A stretch of DNA of 61,622 nt, the filler included, from Candidatus Woesearchaeota archaeon (GTDB lineage Archaea > Nanobdellota > Nanobdellia > Woesearchaeales > CAZJJJ01), in NCBI GenBank assembly GCA_046538795.1. It is 4 parts of 4 records of this genome, joined end to end, with 100 filler letters (N's around TTAATTAATTAA, not from the genome) between each part and the next. Parts side by side here need not be neighbours in the genome. Positions count along the whole stretch, not along the records: positions 1 to 25,438 come from JBKHIF010000014.1; positions 25,539 to 50,411 come from JBKHIF010000015.1; 2 more parts are not named here. One strand, 5' to 3'. This document shows, piece after piece, positions 20,647-30,029 of the stretch; the stretch's first letter is position 1; each line of letters begins with the position of its first letter. The position numbers and the translations under genes were made by a program. The notes under the pieces are model-generated. The model was given only the letters and a program-made list of their open reading frames with translations. It was not told where the DNA came from and searched no databases.

Positions 20647-22746
20647 ATGCAAAAAAGACTAGTAATATCCACATTCATCATGTTTGTTTTTCTGGCAATG
20701 ATTTCTTTTGTTTCTGCTGACAATGTGACTTACGTCAATGTTTCTATTGAAGAAAAAGCTTTTCAGAATGTAACCTTTGCAAGAGATTTTTGGCTTGAAG
20801 AAAATGTTACCAATAAAATAGTTCATGGATATGTAAATGTTTCGAATCCAAGTCAGGAAACAGTAAGTGATATTCTTATATATCTCGATAATATGACAAA
20901 CCTTGCTACAAATTTTTCACATATGAGTGGACGCATGGGTAATCAACTTATAGTAACTGATGATACAGATGATGATGTCGTCTATTCAAATCTTAATATT
21001 ACTCCTATGCCCCTTACAGGCATAGATCTTGACCACGATAACAGAACTGATTATATGTTTTTATATAATGAGACTCATATAGCTTTTGATCTGAGTACTG
21101 AATATGATTATATATTCATTGATTCAGGAGTGGATATGTTTTCTGGTGAGGGTATCTTTTCAAACATAGAAGATACAATAACAATGAACGATGGTACTGA
21201 TGTTGGTTATTTTTTCTCAGATCAGCAGACAACTGATGTTATTGGCGGTCTTTTTGACTCTGTGACAATCACAGAATATACGCATGATTTTGTGACTTTG
21301 CACATACGTGAATTGCTGCCTGGTGAATATTCACTGTTTAATTATACTGCAACATCAGATGTTGACCCGCCTATAGATGTTGACACAAATTATACTCACG
21401 AACAGTACAGAAAAGTCCTTGCAGGAGAATGTTTCAATGTGACACAATGGGCGACAAATAACTTTGCATATGAGTTTAACATGACTGATGTTAATATTAC
21501 TATAGATGCTCTTGGTGTCACATGGAATGATACTGTCTTTAATTTCACTCTTTTTGAGCTAATGCCTAGCGGAGATTACGGCAATGTCACAAAAGCTCCG
21601 GGAGAAAATGAAAACAAGACTTGGTATTGGATTGTTAATAATGGCACGATGGAGTGGGGTGAAACCTATAATATTTCATATAGTGTGTGTGCCCCTGCAA
21701 GCGTTCCTTATTCAGACAGTTATGCTTTCATAAAAGAAAGCCTGCAATATCAGACTGATGGTACAATTTCAGGTATTGCTGTTACGCAAGTCTTGTCTGT
21801 TGCAAATACAGAATACAATTTCACTAAACGTATCGACAAGCCATCAGATACATTGAACAATACTGTTGTAACTTGGGAAGTTATTCCTAAGATAACGACT
21901 GTTAAAAATATCACATACAATGTAACAAAGATGAGTTTCTGGATAACAGAAGATCTTAATCCAAATAACAGGACGACTCTTGTTAACAGGACAGATCTTA
22001 ATATGATATATTTTCCAAACACTGTCATTAATGAAACCAGGACTTGGACCGGATCAGAATGGTTTTTTAACTATACAGATGGTTCATCGCTTGACAGTCC
22101 GCCTCCTATCATCTGGATGTATCCTTATTTCAAGATTGCTGATGTTGATGATCAGTTGACTGATTATTATCTTACTAAATCAGGAGAGGATCTCTACTGG
22201 AAATATATTTATGTTGTGAACGGCTACTGGCTGGAAATTGAGAAAAACGTAACTAATGTAGGTGAAGATAGCTACAATATTACTGTTGATGTTGTTAACA
22301 GAGGAAATGGTTATACACCAAGTGGTCTTACTGTAACTGTATATGACTTTGTCCCTGGTGAATTTGAAGCATATGGATTTAATCCAGCTGCAAGCGCTCA
22401 AAGAAGAGTCTACGGAGTATTCAATGGTACTGCATATAGATGGGACATTCCTCCGGAAAGAACAACTCAAAATGCTTCATTTGCACCAAGAGGAGAGATC
22501 AACAGCACCTGGAATACAACTTATATTGCTAATGGTACTGGTGATTACAGGATATCTGAATTATTCATTGTAGGTTTGGATCCACGGCTTGTTGATGGCG
22601 GCTCTGCTCACGAAGCGATCTCTGTTGTAAGTTCAATGGCTACTCACACAACAGAGATGGTTTATGTTGTAATTGTACTTTTCCTTGTAGGACTTAACAT
22701 AACAAACTTCATGATTTCAAGGAAAAAGGAGAAGGGCAATAAATAA
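20647..22746 (+). CDS. Surface protein paralog 4 (divergent, ~699 aa)
   Basis: VHGYVNVSN, LHIRELLPGE, KYIYVVNGYWLEIEK, VYDFVP and FIVGLDPRLVDGG align to paralog 1-3 motifs; C-terminal TM. Confidence 0.8.
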   Translation: MQKRLVISTFIMFVFLAMISFVSADNVTYVNVSIEEKAFQNVTFARDFWLEENVTNKIVHGYVNVSNPSQETVSDILIYLDNMTNLATNFSHMSGRMGNQLIVTDDTDDDVVYSNLNITPMPLTGIDLDHDNRTDYMFLYNETHIAFDLSTEYDYIFIDSGVDMFSGEGIFSNIEDTITMNDGTDVGYFFSDQQTTDVIGGLFDSVTITEYTHDFVTLHIRELLPGEYSLFNYTATSDVDPPIDVDTNYTHEQYRKVLAGECFNVTQWATNNFAYEFNMTDVNITIDALGVTWNDTVFNFTLFELMPSGDYGNVTKAPGENENKTWYWIVNNGTMEWGETYNISYSVCAPASVPYSDSYAFIKESLQYQTDGTISGIAVTQVLSVANTEYNFTKRIDKPSDTLNNTVVTWEVIPKITTVKNITYNVTKMSFWITEDLNPNNRTTLVNRTDLNMIYFPNTVINETRTWTGSEWFFNYTDGSSLDSPPPIIWMYPYFKIADVDDQLTDYYLTKSGEDLYWKYIYVVNGYWLEIEKNVTNVGEDSYNITVDVVNRGNGYTPSGLTVTVYDFVPGEFEAYGFNPAASAQRRVYGVFNGTAYRWDIPPERTTQNASFAPRGEINSTWNTTYIANGTGDYRISELFIVGLDPRLVDGGSAHEAISVVSSMATHTTEMVYVVIVLFLVGLNITNFMISRKKEKGNK

Positions 22747-22785
22747 ATGAAAACTTTTTTAACTAATTTTTTATTACTATTTTGA

Positions 22786-23508
22786 GTGATAGTTGTGAGG
22801 CTGAAAACATATTTAAGCGGTTTTTTATTCTTTTTCCTAATTAGTTCTCTGTTTAGTTCTGCTGTTTTTGCAGAAGTTGTTGTATTCAAAGAATATGACA
22901 CAAAAAATATTCTTGATGATGGCAAAATAAAAGTTGAAAAAAATATTATGATTGGGAATGATGGCAGAAACACTATAATCCCTGGAGAGCTTCATTTCAA
23001 GATATATGAATTCAATGGAAAAAAACAAGTACCTTCTGAGATAGAGAATCTCAATGCTCATAACAATTATAATTCTCTGACTGCACAGGTCGTCAAATCA
23101 CAGGATTATTCTGACATAATCGTTGATGTCTGGAATCCACTTATGCCTGATTTTGAAATTCCTATTACAATAACCTATGATCTTCTTTATAATCAAAAAG
23201 GTGTTCTCTTTCATGAATTAAATTTTCCTGTTGAAGAAACTACAGTTCCAATAGCATCTTCCACTTTAAAATTATTTCTTCCTAAAAATTTCTATGTGAC
23301 ATATGCTCCTGAGGCAGATATCACTACAGATGATATGTATAAGATAATAGAATGGAATTCTGATGAGACTGATCTTGTTGTTGAATATACCAGAATTCCT
23401 CTTCCTAAAATGGCTTTTAGATTATCGACAATGTTTTGGATTCTTGTGATAACCATACTTATAGGTATTACTATATTCTATCAGTTTTTTTACAAGAAGA
23501 AAAAATAA
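22786..23508 (+). CDS. Accessory secreted, membrane-anchored protein B
   Basis: IIPG, WNPLMPD, KGVLF, VEYTRIPLP; C-terminal TM plus KKKK. Confidence 0.8.
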   Translation: MIVVRLKTYLSGFLFFFLISSLFSSAVFAEVVVFKEYDTKNILDDGKIKVEKNIMIGNDGRNTIIPGELHFKIYEFNGKKQVPSEIENLNAHNNYNSLTAQVVKSQDYSDIIVDVWNPLMPDFEIPITITYDLLYNQKGVLFHELNFPVEETTVPIASSTLKLFLPKNFYVTYAPEADITTDDMYKIIEWNSDETDLVVEYTRIPLPKMAFRLSTMFWILVITILIGITIFYQFFYKKKK

Positions 23509-23650
23509 TTTTTCTTATGTTTTTTTAAACTAATGCTAATTATTCTTAGATATTTCTTTTCAAAAGTTTTAAATAGTTTTTGATCAATATTGTTTAGTAT
23601 TGTTGTTCAACTTCACTGATTTGCTATGTTGTTGAGCAATATTGCTCAAA

Positions 23651-23836
23651 ATGCAAATGAAAGAGCTTGTTTTTAATCTATTGAAAAAGAATACTGATGG
23701 CCTTACAGTAACAGAGATAGCTTCTTCTCTCAAAATATCCCGAAATACTGCTGCTGTAGCTTTAGCTGAACTAAAAGGAGAGGATTGTTTAAGGATAAGA
23801 GAGGTGGGGATGGCAAAACTCCATTATCTAAAATGA
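23651..23836 (+). CDS. Small winged-helix HTH protein
   Basis: GLTVTEIASSLKISRNTAAVALAEL followed by wing IREVGMAKLHY; overlaps the next start. Confidence 0.75.
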   Translation: MQMKELVFNLLKKNTDGLTVTEIASSLKISRNTAAVALAELKGEDCLRIREVGMAKLHYLK

Positions 23837-25438
23837 GATTATTTAAGATTATGTGGATCTGTATCCTGATTTTCTTATTTCTAACTTCAGTATCTGATGC
23901 AAATTCTGGAGTTAATTATACTATTGCAGATCATACTGTTGTTGATCTTTATGAAGATATTCCGCAAAAATGGATTGATGAAGTAAAAAAGATGCACCTA
24001 TCTTATCCAGGAGAAAGTCATGGCAGAGGGTTGTTTTATGGTCTTGATAATCTTGAAGTCTTAGATAGTCGTTTTCAGGTAAATCCAACATGGTCTGGTT
24101 CTCCTGAGGCTGAGACTGATTCTTACTTGAGGATATTAAGAACGATTTGGACTGGTTCAGGATGGTCTGATTCAAATGGTGAAGAAGATATCTGGACAAG
24201 TAGTCAGGCAATAGACAGGATCAATGATCACCTTAATTACAGTAATCATGAAGATGGTCTTAATAATACAATCCATGCTTTTGCCTGGGGATGGTGCTGG
24301 GATATGACAAATTCAAATCTGGCCGGTGGTATACTTGATCCAGAGCATCTTGTACATTGGGCTGGAAGAAGTTATACTTTATCTGGCGGAGATCAGGGAA
24401 GATGGGGCCTTGATGATTCAGATACTGCTCTTACAAGCAATCCCTCGGGAATCAACATGAATGATTATCTTCTTGCTTTTGACAATTATTCTGAATCCAA
24501 TCCAAATACCGCGATAATTTTCACTACTGGTCCTGTTGATGGAAGCGGAAATGATGGTGAAGAAGGTTATCAGCGATATCTGAAGCATGAGTACATAAGA
24601 AGCTGGGTTAAAAACGGTAGCAGGATGCGTTATCTTTTTGATTATGCAGATATAATTTCCTGGGACGATCAGGGAAACCAGAATAATGATACCTGGGCAA
24701 ATCCTGATGATGGTTGGGAAACATATAGTTTCCCGTATATTAACCCAAGCGATGACAGTGAATACGATGCAGGCCAGGGAAGCTGCCATATAAGTTCTGA
24801 TGCTACAACAAGGCTTGGAAAAGCGATGTGGTGGTTATTGGCACGTATTGCTGGTTGGGATGGAAATCCCGCCTATGTTCCTTCATATAATAATTTCAGC
24901 AACGAAAACACTACTGATTTCTTGTCTTTAGATGAGATTGAGATACAAAATGTGACTAATGCAAGTATCGAGAAAACCGATAAAGCTCGGATCAAGTTTT
25001 TAGGTTCAGTTAATTTTTCAGGTGTCAATCTTGATGAAGTGATAGTTATCAGAGATAATTATATTTTTGTAAACAGCTCAAATGAGACAAGACTAAACAT
25101 TTCTGCAGAACTTACTTTTTATAATATATCTTATTCAAGCACATCACTTTACAAGGATGGTCTTGAATGTATGGATTGTGAGCTATTGTCGCATACAGAT
25201 ACTACTGTTGTCTATAATGTGACCGGTTTTTCTAACTATACTGTGGTTGATATAGGTGGCGATCAGCATTCTCTTGAAATATATGATTCGTTGGAATTAC
25301 TTACTGGAGTTGTAAATAAGACAGTTATATTTTATGCTAATTATTCGAATGAGTCTTCATTGATAACTGGTGCAACATGCAACCTTTCATTAGATGATGG
25401 AAGCTCTTATATCATGGACGAGGGTCTTGACAACTATA
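23833..25438 (+). CDS. Secreted multidomain protein, truncated at the contig end
   Basis: Signal peptide; Trp/Asp-rich globular N-domain (GESHG ... CH ... KAMWWLLARIAGW); C-terminal module SLEIYD/FYANYS/CNLS shared with 1290-4598; runs into the N gap. Confidence 0.75.
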
Positions 25439-25538
25439 NNNNNNNNNNNNNNNNNNNNNNNNNNNNNNNNNNNNNNNNNNNNTTAATTAATTAANNNNNN
25501 NNNNNNNNNNNNNNNNNNNNNNNNNNNNNNNNNNNNNN
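25439..25538. other. Artificial contig linker
   Basis: N44-TTAATTAATTAA-N44, with stops in all six frames. Confidence 0.98.
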
Positions 25539-26192
25539 TTGGTGGACAGTTTGGCTGGGGTGGCACCCTGCTGAAAAGATATCAGCAGGGCCCTATGGTC
25601 AGCTCAACCGGGTCAGAAATCCGGTGTAGAGTGCAAGAGCAAAAGCTGGCCTGATTGGATTCCCCACAATAAGGTATCCAAACACTAACGTGTGGTCTAG
25701 CGAACTTCTGTGTCCTCCTAGATGGGGGCCAGAAACGACCGAAAAGTTACTCCGGGGATAACAGAGTTGTCGCGCCCGAGAGCTCCTATCGACGGCGCGG
25801 CTTGCTACATCGATGTCGGCTCTTCCTATCCTGGACGTGCAGAAGCGTCCAAGGGTGGGGGTGTTCACCCATTAAAAGGGATCGTGAGCTGGGTTCAGAA
25901 CGTTGTGAGACAGTTTGTTTGATATCTACTGGAATTGTTTGATATCTGAAGGGAAAGGGCTTCTAGTACGAGAGGAACGAAGGCCTGGTGCCACTGGTGA
26001 TCTGTTGTCTGACAAGGCAGGCAGAGCAGCTACGCACCAAGAGATAAGTGCTGAAAGCATCTAAGCACGAAACTTACCTTGAAAATAGATATCATAGGAC
26101 ACTTCTAAAAGAGAAGTTTGATGGGACTGGTGTGTAAGTACCAAGCTTACGCGAGGTATTCAGCGCGCAGTTTCCAACCGTCCGTTTCTCCT
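25539..26192 (+). rRNA. rrl: 23S rRNA, 3' fragment (domains V-VI)
   Basis: CAGTTTGGCTGGGG P-loop region, GGGATAACAG, TCGATGTCGGCTC, GAGCTGGGTTCAGAACG, sarcin-ricin loop CTAGTACGAGAGGAAC; followed by a T-tract. The 3' end is approximate. Confidence 0.96.
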
Positions 26193-26356
26193 CTTTTTTT
26201 ACAATTCTGGTTTGTTTATGGGATTTTTTGCACAGTTTTCATTTTCATTTTCTAAAATGCTTGCATTTTAGGGTTGAAGATTTCGTAAGAAATTTTCATT
26301 TTTTTTTCATTTTCTTATCAATATTAAGAAATAACAATGATTACGAGGTGTTATGC

Positions 26357-26653
26357 ATGCGTGAAGTTTCGTTATATGCTGCAAAACAAGGAAAGCAATA
26401 TTCAGTGGAAGAAGTAAGAGCAAGAGGACTTGAGTTTTGGAGAGGTCCGCATAAAGTGCTTGAAAAATATGGACTCAGAAGAGGGGCTGATGTAGAGAAG
26501 ATGGAAAAAAAAGGATTTTCCAATCTCTACAATGTAAGAGTAAATGGTAAATGTCATCTGATCTCATCTGATATTCTTTCAAAAGTATTTGTTCTTCCAA
26601 AAAAGGATACTTCTTCAGAAGAAGGCGGTCTTGAAGGATGTCTTGATGAATGA
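26357..26653 (+). CDS. Hypothetical protein (98 aa)
   Basis: GAGGTG upstream of ATG 26357; no recognised motif. Confidence 0.6.
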   Translation: MREVSLYAAKQGKQYSVEEVRARGLEFWRGPHKVLEKYGLRRGADVEKMEKKGFSNLYNVRVNGKCHLISSDILSKVFVLPKKDTSSEEGGLEGCLDE

Positions 26654-26798
26654 TTATCTGTTTTATTTTTCTATAACAAAAATCTCAGTTGAATTAATTT
26701 GATTAAAATATAAACAGTAGAGAATTTAACATTATTAGTCATCACTTTTTAGTGGTTCTTCCAGTTAATTTTATAAATAAATTATCATTCTTTTTGTT

Positions 26799-27827
26799 AT
26801 GGTTGATTATCCTATGTTGTCTGGGAAAAAGAATTTAAGTCTTGGTGTAGATGAATTTAGGAAAAAGTATTCTATTTCTCAAAGTGAGGTTGAGGAAAAT
26901 GAAGCACTTCTTGAAAAATCTCGAGCTAAAGACAGGTCTCTTTATGAACAAAGAAACAATGAGGCTCTTGAATCTTATAAAGAAAATACTGGTTTAGTAA
27001 AAAAACTTTTTGACAAAGTCAAAGGTGGTTATGTTCCTGATATTGAACCTGAAGAATCGATAGAGACCAAAGTATGGTCTGATATAGTTCACATACAGGA
27101 CAGGATAAATGAAGGTGTTTCTGTGTTTTCTAACCTTAGATCAAGAGTTGATTCTCTATATGAAGATTATCAAAAATGCGAGAGTGAAGAACTTGAACTT
27201 GAATCTATTATCAAGGATATTTCAAATAAGATTGAAAAATCTGAAAAAGCACAAAATTTTGCAAGATCAAGATATGATTCATTAAGACGAGATATTCATG
27301 ATTATTCAGATATGGAAGAAAGCGAAAGAGATAGGATTTTTGCTGAAACCGATGAGTTATGCCGTGAACTTGGTGTTTATGATTCAGATGAAGGGCAAAA
27401 ATTTTTAGAAACTTATTTTGCAAGCGGAAAATATGATATCTTTTGTGATAATCTTAAAGAAACAATTGATTTACATGACAAAGAAGTTCTTGCATTCAAA
27501 AAACAAAAAAGAGATTTCGAGTGGCATTATGAGACTGTAAAACATCAACAGGATCTTATCAATGAACAGCTTGGTGCTTTGCAAAAGTCTGTTGTTCCTG
27601 CAAGAGATAATCTTCTGAAACTTATGATGAAGTACCAAAATATAAAATCTACTGCAGATACAGCTCATGACATAATAGTTCTTAATGAGATTCGTTCTGA
27701 AACTCCAGGAATAATTTCTAAAGCAGATGCAGATATAGAAGAGCTTAGAGAAAAGGTAAGATTATCTCTTATCGAGGCAGATTTATCTGAAGAGGTAGCA
27801 GAATATGGATCTGAGAACTCAATTTAA
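26799..27827 (+). CDS. Coiled-coil hypothetical protein (342 aa)
   Basis: Long E/K/L-rich heptad pattern; TATA-like TTTATAAA upstream. Confidence 0.7.
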   Translation: MVDYPMLSGKKNLSLGVDEFRKKYSISQSEVEENEALLEKSRAKDRSLYEQRNNEALESYKENTGLVKKLFDKVKGGYVPDIEPEESIETKVWSDIVHIQDRINEGVSVFSNLRSRVDSLYEDYQKCESEELELESIIKDISNKIEKSEKAQNFARSRYDSLRRDIHDYSDMEESERDRIFAETDELCRELGVYDSDEGQKFLETYFASGKYDIFCDNLKETIDLHDKEVLAFKKQKRDFEWHYETVKHQQDLINEQLGALQKSVVPARDNLLKLMMKYQNIKSTADTAHDIIVLNEIRSETPGIISKADADIEELREKVRLSLIEADLSEEVAEYGSENSI

Positions 27828-28239
27828 ACAATATGAAGCAGCAGTCAGCACCTACGAAAGACTTTTTCCTGATGATAGTTCTGATTACGTTTCATTTGAT
27901 CCAGAAAAGATGTTTTTGACTGATTTTTTTAGTGATTGCACCAGAGTTTTATCTTCTGACATAAGTTTTCTTCTGGAACAACAATTCGGAGAAGATTATG
28001 TAAGACGTATGAGCATACTAAAGAAGATGAAATCAGAACTTGAAAGAAAAACATTTCCACCGCCGCTTCCAGATCCATACAGGTTAGAAAATGATGTGCT
28101 GAATGTTTACTTTGATAAAAACTACAAAAAAGACTACAAAATTTATTATATTAATCTCATAGATAATACTAAAATAAAGTCAAATTACTACATAAATAAA
28201 AATGTACGAAAATATGAACTTGATGAATGGTGGATCTGA
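27805..28239 (+). CDS. Tandem paralog cassette gene 1
   Basis: MDLRTQFKQYEAAVSTYERLFP and FLLEQQFGED resemble the next two genes. Confidence 0.7.
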   Translation: MDLRTQFKQYEAAVSTYERLFPDDSSDYVSFDPEKMFLTDFFSDCTRVLSSDISFLLEQQFGEDYVRRMSILKKMKSELERKTFPPPLPDPYRLENDVLNVYFDKNYKKDYKIYYINLIDNTKIKSNYYINKNVRKYELDEWWI

Positions 28240-28679
28240 AAAAACAATATGAAAAATACATGGAAGCAGTTGATCTTTATCATAGATTGTTTCCTGAACC
28301 AGATGCTTCTGTTTCAGATATTGCAGAAAAGCTTGTTGATTTATCTCATAAAGACATAGAACAGATTTTTGGAAAATTTTGTGGCGTAGGTTTTCTTATA
28401 AGTACAAGATTCGGTGATTCTTTTTATTTTAACATAAGCTGTCTTGGATATTCATATGGAAAATTCTATAAAAATGATGATGGTGGTGTTTTCCCTAAAT
28501 ATGTTCCTTCTTGTTTAAGATTCCTTGAGGAGGCCAAAATAATTCTGCCTGAAATTTACAATCTTTCTGAACAAAATCTTGCAAAATTCTATGAGTTCAC
28601 ATCTTGTTTCGATGAAATGATCCATGTTGAAGAACTAAAAAAAATAGACATGGAAATAAGAATAACTCATAATGATTAA
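28227..28679 (+). CDS. Tandem paralog cassette gene 2
   Basis: DLKKQYEKYMEAVDLYHRLFPEPDASVSDIAEKLV and FLISTRFGDSFYFNISCL. Confidence 0.7.
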   Translation: MVDLKKQYEKYMEAVDLYHRLFPEPDASVSDIAEKLVDLSHKDIEQIFGKFCGVGFLISTRFGDSFYFNISCLGYSYGKFYKNDDGGVFPKYVPSCLRFLEEAKIILPEIYNLSEQNLAKFYEFTSCFDEMIHVEELKKIDMEIRITHND

Positions 28680-28682
28680 AAA

Positions 28683-29189
28683 ATGGATTTAAAAGAACAA
28701 TCTAAACAATATGAAGCAGCAGTTGATCTTTATCATAGATTGTTTACTGAACCAGATGCTCCTGTATCAGATATTGCAGAAAAGCTTGTTAATTGTCGTA
28801 AATCAGATTTGATTGACTATTTTGAATATCTCTATTCTCTTGATCTGAATTTTCTTCTGGCAACAGAATTTGGTCATGATTTTTATTTCAACATGAGTTG
28901 TCTTATTTACTCTGTTCCGTTTGATGATGCTGATTCAGATATTGATCATCTGCTAAATCTTATAGATAATCTTGTCAAACAGAGCCGTACTTTTACTATT
29001 GTTGATACCTTGCCTGAACCATATCAGGAGAAAATTAAAGAGTTCATGAATTATTATGATACTCTCAGAATACAAACTGATTACGAGGAAGATCAGATAA
29101 GTTCCTCGCATGGTCTGCATAAAGAAAAAAGACTCACTATAGAACACGGGAGGATGAGAAAAAAAATCTCGCTGCAAAGGAATTACTGA
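28683..29189 (+). CDS. Tandem paralog cassette gene 3
   Basis: MDLKEQSKQYEAAVDLYHRLFTEPDAPVSDIAEKLV and FLLATEFGHDFYFNMSCL. Confidence 0.7.
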   Translation: MDLKEQSKQYEAAVDLYHRLFTEPDAPVSDIAEKLVNCRKSDLIDYFEYLYSLDLNFLLATEFGHDFYFNMSCLIYSVPFDDADSDIDHLLNLIDNLVKQSRTFTIVDTLPEPYQEKIKEFMNYYDTLRIQTDYEEDQISSSHGLHKEKRLTIEHGRMRKKISLQRNY

Positions 29190-29229
29190 ACTTCAAAAAG
29201 GCCATGAATAAACCATTAATCGATCTTTT

Positions 29230-29988
29230 CTAAAACAAATACAAACTAAGAGCCATGACAAACATTCCTGCGACAACACCAACCAGAGAACTTCTGTCTT
29301 TTCCTTCGCAGAAACATAGTGGAAGAAGCTCATCAAAACTTATCACTACCATTATACCTGCGACAAAGGCTAAAGAATATGCCAAAAGAGCAGGAGTAAG
29401 AAATGCAAACAAAAACAAGACTCCAAGTAGTGCTCCTACTGGTTCTGCAATACCTGCAATAAAGGAATACCAAAATGCTCTTTTCCTGCTTCCAGTAGCA
29501 TAATAGATCGGCATTGCTATCGAGAATCCTTCTGGGATATTATGTATTGCAACAGCAATAGCTAAAGAGATGCTTAGCTTGATATCGCTTAAAGAACTTA
29601 ATATTACTGCAAAACCTTCAGGAAAATTATGTATTGCAATACCTATTGCAGCAACAGTTCCTGCGCGAAGAAGCTTGCTGTGTTTTTTGCTTAAATTCAC
29701 GTTTTTTAAGATGTGATCATGAGGTATTATAAAATCAAGTATGAGTATAAAGCCTATACCTGCAAAGAATGCAAGATTACTTGGAAGAAAACCTATAACT
29801 TCAAGAGCATCAGGCAAAAGCTCAACAAGAGAAACATATATCATAACACCAGCAGAGAGTCCAAGTCCGAATGTTAAGAATTTTCTATTAAATTTTTTGA
29901 TAAATATTGCAAAAAGGCTTCCTAAAGATGTAAATAGCCCTGCGATCAAAGAAAGCAACAATGGAACCCATATTGAATTTATTTCCAT
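29230..29988 (-). CDS. zupT: ZIP-family zinc/divalent metal transporter
   Basis: AGVMIYVSLVELLP, AIHNFPEG, AIHNIPEG, AEPVGA, DELLP; multiple TM segments. Confidence 0.93.
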   Translation of the reverse strand: MEINSIWVPLLLSLIAGLFTSLGSLFAIFIKKFNRKFLTFGLGLSAGVMIYVSLVELLPDALEVIGFLPSNLAFFAGIGFILILDFIIPHDHILKNVNLSKKHSKLLRAGTVAAIGIAIHNFPEGFAVILSSLSDIKLSISLAIAVAIHNIPEGFSIAMPIYYATGSRKRAFWYSFIAGIAEPVGALLGVLFLFAFLTPALLAYSLAFVAGIMVVISFDELLPLCFCEGKDRSSLVGVVAGMFVMALSLYLF

Positions 29989-30029
29989 TGATAATTAATA
30001 ATTAAGAAGTCGGTTATAAATCTTTTGAT

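Noticed and set aside
25439..25538. TTAATTAATTAA palindrome within N runs (also 50412-50511 and 56236-56335) and ORFs ending in XXX-LIN
   Set aside because: Identical artificial contig linkers, not biology. They also mean the Hxs cluster and the 23833 gene may continue on other contigs.
25599..25922. ORFs 25599-25868 (-) and 25722-25922 (+)
   Set aside because: They lie inside the 23S rRNA and are spurious translations.
29230..29988. Functional link between zupT and the His-rich peptide cluster
   Set aside because: They are 12 kb apart with housekeeping genes between; nothing in the sequence supports a link.
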